Part shown: in pieces, positions 29,726 to 39,674 of the stretch | Position numbering within the stretch: position 1 is the stretch's first letter | Layout: each line of letters begins with the position of its first letter | From: Candidatus Borrarchaeum weybense | GTDB taxonomy: Archaea; Asgardarchaeota; Sifarchaeia; Borrarchaeales; Borrarchaeaceae | Length of the DNA stretch: 64,000 nt | Direction of reading: 5' to 3' | Assembly (NCBI GenBank): GCA_019057385.1 | Contig: JAHQJS010000004.1 | Coordinates: 1,137,068-1,201,067, forward strand | The notes under the pieces: generated by a model | Told to the model about the DNA's origin: nothing | The model's database searches: none | The model's input: the letters and a program-made list of their open reading frames with translations, nothing else | Made by a program: the position numbers and the translations under genes

Positions 29726-30085
29726 GTGCCTTGTTTCGCAAGAGTATTTCAGAGCGCAATTGATTTGCTTAAAGAAAGATATAGAATCGAACTAAGACCA
29801 GAAGACGATGAAGAAATGGAAGAGATAGAGAACTGGCTTAAAGAAAAACTAGACATGAAAAAAGAGGAAAAACACGAGAAAGTAACAGAAAAACTTGAAG
29901 AATTGAAGAGAAAAGACCCAAACAAATTTAGGCAATTAGAGTACGAGTTCATTCAGTTTATAAAAAAATTAAGGAAAAAGCGCACTGCAACTCCTGAAGA
30001 GGAAAAAGAAAGCAAAAAAGAAAAGAAAGAAAAAAAGGAAGAGAAGAAAAGAAAAAAGAAAAAAGCAGTTTCCATGTACACATAA
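29726..30085 (+). CDS. Hypothetical charged protein with Lys-rich tail ending MYT
   Basis: AGGTGA SD; 33 bp after the previous gene. Confidence 0.7.
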   Translation: MPCFARVFQSAIDLLKERYRIELRPEDDEEMEEIENWLKEKLDMKKEEKHEKVTEKLEELKRKDPNKFRQLEYEFIQFIKKLRKKRTATPEEEKESKKEKKEKKEEKKRKKKKAVSMYT

Positions 30086-30437
30086 CTTTTTTTATATATC
30101 ATCTAAGGATAACAGGTCGTTTACACAAATTTCATCCATTTCTTTAACGATTTCGATTTCCAACCTAATTTTTGGATTCAGCCAGCTTTTTTCCGTAAAA
30201 AATATGTATAGGTATTGTGTAGAAATCTCAGGAATTCAAGATTTTGTGATTATTAGTGCTTTATCTTTTCCTGGGGTGTGTTCTTTACAGAAACAATTAC
30301 AACTCCAGAAATCACAATCCCAGAAACTACAATTATAGAAAATAAAGAGGGCAAAACGCCAAAAAAAGGAAAGCGTAAAAGTAGATCCAGAACGAGAAAG
30401 AAAAGATAATAGTCCAACAGTATTTTTATGAAATTGT

Positions 30438-31517
30438 TTAGCCAATACCTAATTCATCTAATATCTTCTCAAGTTTTTCAACTCGAATTCCGTACTTCTC
30501 AGCTAATAGCTTCAGCATACTGGGATCAAATTTGAATTTAGCACTTTTAATTAACGGTTCTAAAGGCTCTCCCCTTAATTCCAGTCTGAGTACATCAAAA
30601 CGGGCATAGTGTCCTAACGCGTCAAAATATGCTTTTGTATGACGACGGTCGTCTGCATCTAACTCGGCATAGAGAATTGTCTCCCTGTCGAAGACGGGTT
30701 CTTGGAGATAGACTCCAGCTGGGTTGACAATAAACGCTCCTCCTGCAGCTATATTGAAATCGGCACAATCTTCTGGCATTAAATCGTCAGGAACGTACTG
30801 ACTGACGCTGATCACAAACGTCTGTGTCTCAAATGCGTATTCCCTTATAGCATGTTCAATATCACAGAAATGTTGAGAGTCTTCATTTGGTCTATATCGT
30901 TTTTTGGCACCTGGATGTCTTTTCATAACCCACCATCCTGGCCAAACTGCACAGTGGATTTCTTCACCAAGTGCAGCCATTGCAGCTTTAAGTAGAGTCA
31001 TATGATGCTCGTAACAAACAACGCCGCCAATAGTGCCAATCTCTGTGTCAAAAACTCTCACGTCACTGATGTCGCCCATGCCCCAAACCATCCTTTCGCC
31101 ATGAGTTGGCATTAACTTCCTGTGACGTCCAAGTATTTCGCCATCGTTGCCTATGAAGAGTATCGTATTATAAAGTGTTTCACTACCCTTAAGATCGCTG
31201 ATTTCCGTACAGCCGATAGCAGCTATTAAATTGGCTTCCCTTGTAGCGTCAGCTAATATTTCAGTGTCACTGCTCGGGATTTTTAAGGAGTTCTTCTGAT
31301 ATTCAACCATATAGTCTGACCATTTAGAAATGGGCTGCAAACCTCTCCAATATGGGTAACCTGGGATGAATGTCTCTGAGAAGACTAGAAGTTTTGCCTC
31401 TGCCTTACCAGCTTCTTCTATGGTTTTACAAGCCTTGTCAATAGTAGCTTCTTTATTCATGAAGACCGGCGCGACTTGTGCAGCCGCTACTTTAACCTTG
31501 TCCAACATTTTTATCAC
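30438..31517 (-). CDS. Nitrilase (carbon-nitrogen hydrolase)
   Basis: Glu-Lys-Cys triad: SETFIPGYP, HRKLMPT, VCYEH; GHYAR. Confidence 0.92.
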   Translation of the reverse strand: MIKMLDKVKVAAAQVAPVFMNKEATIDKACKTIEEAGKAEAKLLVFSETFIPGYPYWRGLQPISKWSDYMVEYQKNSLKIPSSDTEILADATREANLIAAIGCTEISDLKGSETLYNTILFIGNDGEILGRHRKLMPTHGERMVWGMGDISDVRVFDTEIGTIGGVVCYEHHMTLLKAAMAALGEEIHCAVWPGWWVMKRHPGAKKRYRPNEDSQHFCDIEHAIREYAFETQTFVISVSQYVPDDLMPEDCADFNIAAGGAFIVNPAGVYLQEPVFDRETILYAELDADDRRHTKAYFDALGHYARFDVLRLELRGEPLEPLIKSAKFKFDPSMLKLLAEKYGIRVEKLEKILDELGIG

Positions 31518-31613
31518 AATTCGGTTATTTTCGGACTATTTTACATGTGAGTTGAATGAACATCTTTTTCATTGATATAATAGTATCTTTTCAATATTGG
31601 AAATTTTCTTAAT

Positions 31614-32873
31614 TTAAATTCTCGATTTTGGAGTGTTTGCTAGAATTATTGCCCTAAGAAGTTCAAAAGTAAGTTTTGGATTTTTGAAAGGTAAAAAAGA
31701 TAGTTTACTTGCAAAAGGTCTTACAAAAGACGATTGATAATCGATATCTCCGAATCTTTCTAACAAAGGTTCTAGATTATAATCACTCACAATTTCGAAT
31801 AGCGTATCAAGAGTGGAATCCTTTAGCTGATTTATAAACTTCCTCATATTAGCACTTTTTTTAAGTTCTGATCCAAACCCTTTTCGCCAGAGGCTCACAT
31901 AATTTTGTATTTGAAATGGAGTTTCTTTATTGAGAGCATCAACCGCAACTTTAGCTGCAATTTTCGCGCAGCTCATCCCAAAATAAAGTCCGCCTCCAGT
32001 TGTCGATTTCACATGACCTGCGGTATCCCCTACGAGCATTAAATTGTCTTTTACTGTTATAGGGACTGGACCGCCCATCGGAATAAGTCCTGCAAGTTTA
32101 TTCTTTATTTCCCAATTCTTACCAAATTTCTTGGAAGCAACTGGATGTTTTTTTATGAAATTTAGAAGGTTTTGAGAAGCTTGCTTTAAAGTACCTTTAA
32201 CACCGATACCTACTCTGGCAAGATGCTCGTTCACTGGAATAATCCATGAAAAGAAGCCTGGAGAGAATTTTGAAGAAAAATAAACTTCAACTGACTCAAT
32301 ATCCTCATACGAAACCGGGGATATTTCCATCTGGAAACTACTAATGAAATTCTTTTTTGTAGGTAAACCACATTGTTTTGCAATTAAGGAGCGCACACCT
32401 TCAGCATCAATAATCACATCAGCATGAATTTCAATATGACTAGAGTTCTGTCGTACAACAATTCCACAAATTCTGCCATTTTTTCTTAGGGGCTTTAGTC
32501 CCTTTGTTTTCAGAAGTACCTCTACTCCTTTATCTTGTGCCTCTTGACAAAGTTCTTTATCGAATGCTCCACGATCTACAATGTAAGCCTGAGGAATTCT
32601 CTTTTTCGCAAGAATACAATGTCCAGAAGGGGAATAGAAATAACTTCCTTTGACAGTATTTAGAATACTTTTTCTTGACAGATTTAATTCTCTACATGCA
32701 CGTGTAGATATTTTACCTGCGCATTGCACTGGCTTTCCAATTACTTTATGATCTTCAATGAGGAGAATTTTGTAACCCTTAACTAAGGTAGCGATTTCTT
32801 TTGCAGCATAAGATCCGCTAGGTCCACCACCTATCACAAGAACATCACATTTCATGTAAGGCTCCTCATTCAA
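31614..32873 (-). CDS. Geranylgeranyl reductase family flavoprotein
   Basis: GGGPSG, PVQCAG, WIIP, GDTAG, TGGG. Confidence 0.88.
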   Translation of the reverse strand: MNEEPYMKCDVLVIGGGPSGSYAAKEIATLVKGYKILLIEDHKVIGKPVQCAGKISTRACRELNLSRKSILNTVKGSYFYSPSGHCILAKKRIPQAYIVDRGAFDKELCQEAQDKGVEVLLKTKGLKPLRKNGRICGIVVRQNSSHIEIHADVIIDAEGVRSLIAKQCGLPTKKNFISSFQMEISPVSYEDIESVEVYFSSKFSPGFFSWIIPVNEHLARVGIGVKGTLKQASQNLLNFIKKHPVASKKFGKNWEIKNKLAGLIPMGGPVPITVKDNLMLVGDTAGHVKSTTGGGLYFGMSCAKIAAKVAVDALNKETPFQIQNYVSLWRKGFGSELKKSANMRKFINQLKDSTLDTLFEIVSDYNLEPLLERFGDIDYQSSFVRPFASKLSFLPFKNPKLTFELLRAIILANTPKSRI

Positions 32874-32964
32874 ATAAAGTAGATAATGTAGAAGTGAGGT
32901 ATCTATATATTTCCCTTAAAGAAAAAATAGAAATAGGTTAAAAAGATTCTATAACAGTATAACT

Positions 32965-34551
32965 TTACTTGGTGCTTCCTTTCAGTTCTTCTTTGAGTGT
33001 TTTTCTTAGAACCTTTCCTACGCTTGTCATTGGAAGGCTTTCTCGAAATTCCACAAGTTTAGGTACTTTAAATTTCGCAATTTTTTCTTCACAGAACTTG
33101 ATAATTTCTTCTTCTGTCGCGTTTTGTCCTTCTTTGAGTACAATGTATGCTTTCACAGTTTCTCCTCTGTATTCGTCTGGAATGCCAATGGCAGCAGCTG
33201 TTTTTACATTTGGATGTTCGTATAACACTTCCTCGACGTCGCGTGGGTATACATTATAGCCTGAAACATTGATCATGTCCTTCTTTCTATCTACGATAAA
33301 GAAATATCCTTCCTCATCCATAGTAGCAATATCTCCAGTACGAAGTTCACCGTTTACTAACGCAAGTTTCGTTTCTTCAGGTTTTTTCCAGTATCCCTTC
33401 ATCACATTAGGTCCACGAATCGCTAACTCACCACGTTCGCCGATAGGCAATTCATTTCCATTTTCATCTATAACACGTGCGACAATGTCAATAATTGGGA
33501 TTCCTATTGAACCTCCCTTTTTTCGTGCTATTGGGCTTAAATGAGTAACTGGGGCAGCTTCTGTAAGCCCGTAACCTTCCAAAAGATTTACACCTGTCTT
33601 GTCCGAAAATTGTCGCATTACTTGAACTGGAAGAGATGAACCACCAGAAAGCGCAAATCGAAGTGAACTAAGATCAGATTTTTCAAGTTCTGGGTAGTGT
33701 AAGAGCGCGATAAACGCTGTTGGAACGCAAGGTAAATATGTAATCTTATAGGTTGAAATCAGTTCAAGTACCTTCACTGGATTAAATCTTGGCATCAAGA
33801 ACACGGTTCCTGCACTTGAAAGTGGGCCTGTCATCGCACAGGTCATACCGAAAATATGCGTAAGTGGTAAGACGGCAATGGTACTTTCCTTTCCCTCTTC
33901 GAAATAAAACCAGTTAGTGAATGTTATAGCATTTGATACAAGGTTGTAATTAGTGAGCAGAGCTCCTTTGGGGATTCCAGTCGTACCTCCTGTGTAACCT
34001 AAGACTGCGATGTCTTCTGATTGTATATCTACTTCAGGAGGATTAGGTTCAGTTTTAGAAAGTAACTCATAAAAACTAAGAGTATTTGGAAAAGTTTCTT
34101 TTCCGACAATTATTACATTTTTTAGAGATGATTCTTTTCGAACATTTTCCACTACAGGATATGATTCTTCAGTGACTACTATAGTTTCAGCTCCTGAATC
34201 CTTGATTATGAAACCTATTTCTTTTTCGCGATATGCTGCATTACACGGAACAACAATTGCCCCTACCCGATTTACGGCAAAATAACTAATTAGATAAGCA
34301 GGGATATTCGGAAGATACAAAGCAACCTTGTCAGTGTATTTTACTCCCAATGAGTGAAGAGCCGCAGCAAACTTCTCAATTTGAGTATAATACAGCTCAT
34401 AACTCGTTCTTTCATCTTCAAAAACATACGCTGTAATATTTGGAAATGCTTCTGCAGATTCTTTTACCAATTGATAAAGCGGAACTTTTGGATATGTCAA
34501 AGTTTGTGGAATATCAGTTGGCCAATGTGCAATCCATGGCTTTGTTGTCAT
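32965..34551 (-). CDS. fadD: Long-chain fatty acid-CoA ligase
   Basis: YTGGTTGIPKG, EGYGLTE, TGD, VGKVLR. Confidence 0.92.
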   Translation of the reverse strand: MTTKPWIAHWPTDIPQTLTYPKVPLYQLVKESAEAFPNITAYVFEDERTSYELYYTQIEKFAAALHSLGVKYTDKVALYLPNIPAYLISYFAVNRVGAIVVPCNAAYREKEIGFIIKDSGAETIVVTEESYPVVENVRKESSLKNVIIVGKETFPNTLSFYELLSKTEPNPPEVDIQSEDIAVLGYTGGTTGIPKGALLTNYNLVSNAITFTNWFYFEEGKESTIAVLPLTHIFGMTCAMTGPLSSAGTVFLMPRFNPVKVLELISTYKITYLPCVPTAFIALLHYPELEKSDLSSLRFALSGGSSLPVQVMRQFSDKTGVNLLEGYGLTEAAPVTHLSPIARKKGGSIGIPIIDIVARVIDENGNELPIGERGELAIRGPNVMKGYWKKPEETKLALVNGELRTGDIATMDEEGYFFIVDRKKDMINVSGYNVYPRDVEEVLYEHPNVKTAAAIGIPDEYRGETVKAYIVLKEGQNATEEEIIKFCEEKIAKFKVPKLVEFRESLPMTSVGKVLRKTLKEELKGSTK

Positions 34552-34701
34552 TTACTAACCCTCGTAGTTATTGATACAGTTACGCATGTTTTACCAGAAC
34601 GATATTTAAATCTAATCGATAAAAGCAGGTGTCTTTTTATTAATTAAAAAAGAGATTACAAAAAACAACTTCGGAAATGAAACGGTGAAAAATGGATTGT
34701 T

Positions 34702-35619
34702 TCACTCCGACTTTTTTCTTCCCCGTAATTTCGTTATCGCAACTATTGCAGTTATAATGGTGCCGATAAAACCAATAACTGCCGCTAGCACAGTTGGAGT
34801 TGTCAAGAGATCCATAATGAGCTCGGTGGTGGTGGGCTCGTATTCTCTAATTACCAGCGTCACTGAAGTAATAGCAGTCTCGCCTCCGGTGCTTGTTCCT
34901 GTGACAGTAAGGATATGACTTCCTAGTGTTGCAGTTTCAGTCGTAGCTATGGATAGAGTTGAGGTAAAATCTGATGTGCCTGAAATTGGTGAGAATGCTG
35001 AACTACAGCCATCTGGAACACCTGAAATGCTTAGAGTAACAGTTTCTGGCGTACCTGAGGTCCACTCAACACTGATAGTGAAATTTGTCGTTCTGCCCCT
35101 CACAACATTTCTCGATGATGGTGAGGCGTCCACATTGAAGGCGGCAACAGGAGGCGCCCCTATATCAATTTTGTAAATTTTGAGATCACCGGAATCAGCA
35201 TGCCACAGGTATTGTCCATCCCACGCTAATCCTGTTGGTCTAGATCCTGGAGAGTCAAAGGAGTCGACTACGGCACCCGTAGAAGGATTGAGTTTGTAAA
35301 TTTTCTTAGTATCCCAATCGGCGCTCCAAAGATTTTGTCCATCCCACGTTAATTCTCTTGGATATGTTCCTGGAGAGTTAAAGGAGTCGTCTATATCACC
35401 CGTAGACGGATTGATTTTGTAAATTTTGTCATTAATGCCATCAGTGTGCTAGAGGTAGTCTCCATCCCACGTCAATCCATGTGGATCAGGTCCCAGAGCA
35501 GAAATGGATGAAACAACAGATTCTTGGGCCATCGTTGGGTTCGGATACAAATAGATCGCCGATAGGAGTAAAAGTAAACTCAATAGTATTAAAGAGTTTT
35601 TTCTATTTTTTGTACACAT
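34702..35619 (-). pseudogene. Secreted, membrane-anchored protein (signal peptide, 3 beta-propeller blades, Ig-like domain, TM) with in-frame TAG at codon 57
   Basis: Frame continuous from ATG 35619 except TAG at 35449-35451; three GLxWDGxxLW repeats. Confidence 0.8.
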
Positions 35620-35787
35620 TCAAATCCCCCCTTCAGGTCTTACTGAGATGCTTTTGGATGTTTAAATCAAAATTGTTTTATCAAATAGATCGCTATTTCG
35701 GGCAAAAAGCTAATGCTGTCCTCTAATATCCCCTCTACTCATATATAAATTGTATTGATGTATCTTGAACATTAATGTAATGGAGTA

Positions 35788-35808
35788 TTGTTCTCAAAAT
35801 GAGAACAA
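35788..35808. promoter_or_regulatory. Perfect inverted repeat, candidate operator
   Basis: TTGTTCTCA-AAA-TGAGAACAA between divergent genes. Confidence 0.5.
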
Positions 35809-35971
35809 GCAAATTACTTAAATCAAATCATGTTTCTTGTTGGTCACATTCTTTCATTGAAATGTTAATTTCAAATGATTTATTTACGATAATGAGTTGA
35901 TTAAACAAAATGTGTTTATTGTATTCATTTGTCCTATCTATGCAACTTAGAAGAGATTTTAAACGGTTAGA

Positions 35972-37774
35972 GTGGATATAATGGCAAAAGGACAGTACAA
36001 AAGTGCATTGTCTTATCAGTTGTCTGCACTTCGACGATACCCATTCTTAACCATGGTAAGTGTCGGTCTAGCCTTTCTTGCCTCACTGTTTCAAGCTTTA
36101 CCGATTATTATCCTTGGCCAAGCAATAGATGAACTGCACACATCGATGAGCTTGACGCCAAGGTTTATTACTTTTGTGTGGATGATTGTTGGAATTGCAT
36201 GTGCGCTCTTTGCTACGATATTTTTAGTTGGGTATAGCTTTGCAATTATGGTTCTCCGTTGGGAGCGTGATGCCCGACAGGAGTTTTTTGAAGTCCTGCA
36301 AGACAATAGCATGACGTTCCACGACCAGATAGACAGCAAAACACTACTCGCTGTTGCCATGCAAGATATCCGCTGGATACGGTTCTCGTTGAATCCAGCT
36401 CTAAGGACGATTATTACGACAATTGGTTCATTTTTGATAACAGTTGTTTTCCTTTGGCTGATTGATTTCACAATCGGAATCATTGCAGTGGTTGGAATAC
36501 CACTCTATCTCTATTTTGCCTACCGTTACGCCGTCACTGTTGAACCTATTAGACGCAAACGGTCTGAACAGAACGAAAGATTAACTAGTATTAGCCAAGA
36601 AGTCTTTAGAGGAATAGAAGTTGTTAGGGCGTTTGGTAGTGAAGAATATGAAGAAGAAAAATTTCGCAAGATTTCAATGGAGTATCAAGAAATACAGACG
36701 AATGAAGGGCGCTTAGCTGCGTTCTACCTCCCTGCTCTCATAATGACTGCTGTTACAGGATTATCTTTTCTCTATGGAGCAAATCAAGCTCTGTTGGGTA
36801 TTTTCTCAGTAGGTACTCTTGTTGAGATGCTTGGGCTTTTAATTGCACTGGACGCTTATGGCTTCATATTGCCAAGATTCCTGCTTGAAATTAGAGGTGG
36901 TTACATAAACGCCCAAAGACTTGTTAATATTTTAAACTGGAAAGATCCGATGACAGAACCCGACAAATCCCGTCTAACTGTAAACTGGGCTGGAGATATC
37001 GTATTTGAAAACGTGAACTTTAGTTATACTAACAATAATGGTAAGAATAGCAATTATGCGTTAAAGAATCTAAATTTCAGGATACCTGGAGGCTCAAGAG
37101 TTGCCCTTATTGGTGGACCTGGGGGAGGAAAAAGCACAATTCTGAAGTTACTATTGAGATTATATGATCCTACGGAAGGTCGTGTTCTAATCGATGGCAC
37201 TGATCTTAGGTCTATTCATACGAAAAAGGTCAGGAAAGCTGTTGGGTTAGTTGAACAAGACATCTTCCTCTTCAGAATGAGCATCAGGGATAATATTGCC
37301 TTTGGAAATATGCTAGCAAGTGATGAAGAAGTGATTGAAGCAGCAAAACGGGCACAGGCTCATGAATTTATCTCCCTTATGCCTGATGGATATGAGACTA
37401 AAATAGGGGAAAGAGGAATGACTCTTTCGGGAGGGCAGCGACAGAGACTAGCTATTGCTAGAACTATTCTACATGATCCCAAAGTTCTCTTGTTGGATGA
37501 TTCAGTATCTGCTATTGACGCACAAACCGAGTATTCCTTGAGAAAAGCATTATCAGAGGTGATGCAAGGGCGAACGAGTATAACAGTCACACAAAGGTTG
37601 AGAGCTCTTCTTGAATCGGATTTGATTGTAGTCGTTGATAAAGGTGAACTCGTGGCAATTGGAACTCACAAGGAACTGCTTAAAACCTCGGATCACTACC
37701 ACCGCATCTTTGAAAAATTGCCAGGTGCATTGCAGTATGCCAATGGAGTAATCAAAACGGGAGGTGCGATATAA
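35972..37774 (+). CDS. Heterodimeric ABC exporter subunit (degenerate NBD)
   Basis: TMD+NBD; LSGGQ; Walker B LLDDS and H-switch Q are degenerate. Confidence 0.92.
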   Translation: MDIMAKGQYKSALSYQLSALRRYPFLTMVSVGLAFLASLFQALPIIILGQAIDELHTSMSLTPRFITFVWMIVGIACALFATIFLVGYSFAIMVLRWERDARQEFFEVLQDNSMTFHDQIDSKTLLAVAMQDIRWIRFSLNPALRTIITTIGSFLITVVFLWLIDFTIGIIAVVGIPLYLYFAYRYAVTVEPIRRKRSEQNERLTSISQEVFRGIEVVRAFGSEEYEEEKFRKISMEYQEIQTNEGRLAAFYLPALIMTAVTGLSFLYGANQALLGIFSVGTLVEMLGLLIALDAYGFILPRFLLEIRGGYINAQRLVNILNWKDPMTEPDKSRLTVNWAGDIVFENVNFSYTNNNGKNSNYALKNLNFRIPGGSRVALIGGPGGGKSTILKLLLRLYDPTEGRVLIDGTDLRSIHTKKVRKAVGLVEQDIFLFRMSIRDNIAFGNMLASDEEVIEAAKRAQAHEFISLMPDGYETKIGERGMTLSGGQRQRLAIARTILHDPKVLLLDDSVSAIDAQTEYSLRKALSEVMQGRTSITVTQRLRALLESDLIVVVDKGELVAIGTHKELLKTSDHYHRIFEKLPGALQYANGVIKTGGAI

Positions 37775-39627
37775 TGTCTAGACGTCGTAGATTTATTGGA
37801 GAAACAGAGAAGCGAAGCAGACCGATATTTGTTCTCTTAATCAGAATGCTTGGGTATGTGGGTCGCTTCAAGAGGATCATTGCCATCGGAGTTATACTTG
37901 CCTTGGTTTCAACGATTTTCCAAGCGATTGATCCATTGGTTCTTTCATGGGGAATTGATCTTGTGCTGACTCCTGGTAGCACCATTAGGGGAATTTTGCT
38001 CCTTGGCGGTATTTACGTGGGACTAAGGCTCAGTAGTTGGCTACTTAATTCCATTAATACTTGGATCCTGTCAGGTGCGCGAGCTGGATTTATTCAAAAT
38101 ATTCAACAGGATTTATATAACCATCTGGTTCGTACTGATTTGTCCTACCTTAAGTCCGAACAGAGTGGGAATGTAACATCGCGAGTGACTTCTGATATCG
38201 ACGATCTTGGAATTGGGGTTCAGACGACAATAGATTTTTCAAGTCAAATTCTCTTATTAGTTATAACCTTTGTAATAATGTGGCTTACGAACCCTTTAAT
38301 CGCCTTGACGGCTTTGGCAGTCACTCCCGCCGTAGTCTTTGTTGTAGTACTATTTGGTACTGTAGGCCAGAGGATAATGTTGGCCTCGCAACGAGCCTAC
38401 GGTAAGGTCTCTGGACAAATCGCTGAGGATCTGAGTGGTATTCATGTTGCTAAAGCCTTCAACCGAGAGGAGGAAACAGCAGCAAAAATGAAACAACTTA
38501 ATCAAATGGCATATCGCCACGGATTACGCTTCATGATTTTAATGACGCTTATGCAGCCTTTAATAAGAGCAATGGGAATCATTGGAATCGCAGCCCTTTT
38601 ATTTGTTGGAGGTAGCTTAGCAATTGGTACAGCCCCAGTTTTAACACTAGGTGAAGTATTTCTTGGAGTAATTCTTGTTCAACGATTTCTTTGGCCTCTG
38701 CTCGCCCTTAGCTGGATGGCGACTCAGTTTCAAGCGTCATTAGCGAGCATGGATCGTATTTTAGACGTTCTTGAAGTACAACCAACGATAGTAAACTCTC
38801 CAAACGCAGTTTCTTTAAAAGAGACTAATGACGGTATCACTTTTGAAAATCTATCATTTGCGTACGTAGAAGGAACAAAAGTACTAAAGAAAATAAATTT
38901 CAAGATCGCTCCTGGTGAAACAGTTGCGATGGTAGGGCACACTGGGGCTGGAAAAACGACAGTTGCAGCCCTTGTCAATCGATTTTATGATCCTCAAGAA
39001 GGTCGAATCCTAATTGGTGATCAAGACATTAGGGATGTGACGCTTGAATCCCTACATGACACAATTGCCCTTATTTCCCAAGAACCTTATCTGTTTGACG
39101 CTAATGTCTTAGAAAATATTCGATATGGAAGACAATCTGCCAATGACCAAGAGATTGTTGATCTCTGCAAGCTTATCGGAGCTCATGAGTTCATTGAAGT
39201 TTTATCAAATGGGTATGATACAATTGTTGCTGAAGGTGGTAAAAATCTCAGTGCTGGTCAAGTTCAAATGATTGCTATTGCTCGGACAATGTTAGCCGAT
39301 CCCAAGATCCTTATCCTTGATGAAGCTACTAGCCGTCTTGATGCCTACTCGGAGTCACTGGTTCAAGCCGCGCAAGAAAAGTTATTTGCAGACAGAACCA
39401 CTGTGGTCATTGCCCACCGGCTTACGACAATCGCAAATGCATCACGTGTGTTCGTTTTTGATCACGGAGAACTCATAGAGCGGGGTACCCACAAAGAACT
39501 ATTACGTCTTGGGGGTAAATATAAAGCTTTATACGACACTTACTATGCACATCAATCAGTAGAAGAACTCTCCGAAGAGATTGCCAAGGTTGCTCAAGAA
39601 GAACTTGCAATGGTTTCCGATAAATAA
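37774..39627 (+). CDS. Heterodimeric ABC exporter subunit (consensus NBD)
   Basis: GHTGAGKT, LSAGQ, LDEAT, IAHR; TAATG overlap with partner gene. Confidence 0.92.
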   Translation: MSRRRRFIGETEKRSRPIFVLLIRMLGYVGRFKRIIAIGVILALVSTIFQAIDPLVLSWGIDLVLTPGSTIRGILLLGGIYVGLRLSSWLLNSINTWILSGARAGFIQNIQQDLYNHLVRTDLSYLKSEQSGNVTSRVTSDIDDLGIGVQTTIDFSSQILLLVITFVIMWLTNPLIALTALAVTPAVVFVVVLFGTVGQRIMLASQRAYGKVSGQIAEDLSGIHVAKAFNREEETAAKMKQLNQMAYRHGLRFMILMTLMQPLIRAMGIIGIAALLFVGGSLAIGTAPVLTLGEVFLGVILVQRFLWPLLALSWMATQFQASLASMDRILDVLEVQPTIVNSPNAVSLKETNDGITFENLSFAYVEGTKVLKKINFKIAPGETVAMVGHTGAGKTTVAALVNRFYDPQEGRILIGDQDIRDVTLESLHDTIALISQEPYLFDANVLENIRYGRQSANDQEIVDLCKLIGAHEFIEVLSNGYDTIVAEGGKNLSAGQVQMIAIARTMLADPKILILDEATSRLDAYSESLVQAAQEKLFADRTTVVIAHRLTTIANASRVFVFDHGELIERGTHKELLRLGGKYKALYDTYYAHQSVEELSEEIAKVAQEELAMVSDK

Positions 39628-39674
39628 ATCGCCTTTCAGGGAAAGTCAATATTTCGACGAATAAAACTTTTTAT

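Noticed and set aside
30236-30445. 69-aa Cys/Phe-rich ORF after the nitrilase
   Set aside because: Low-complexity composition with no motif; possibly a decayed membrane gene, not supportable.
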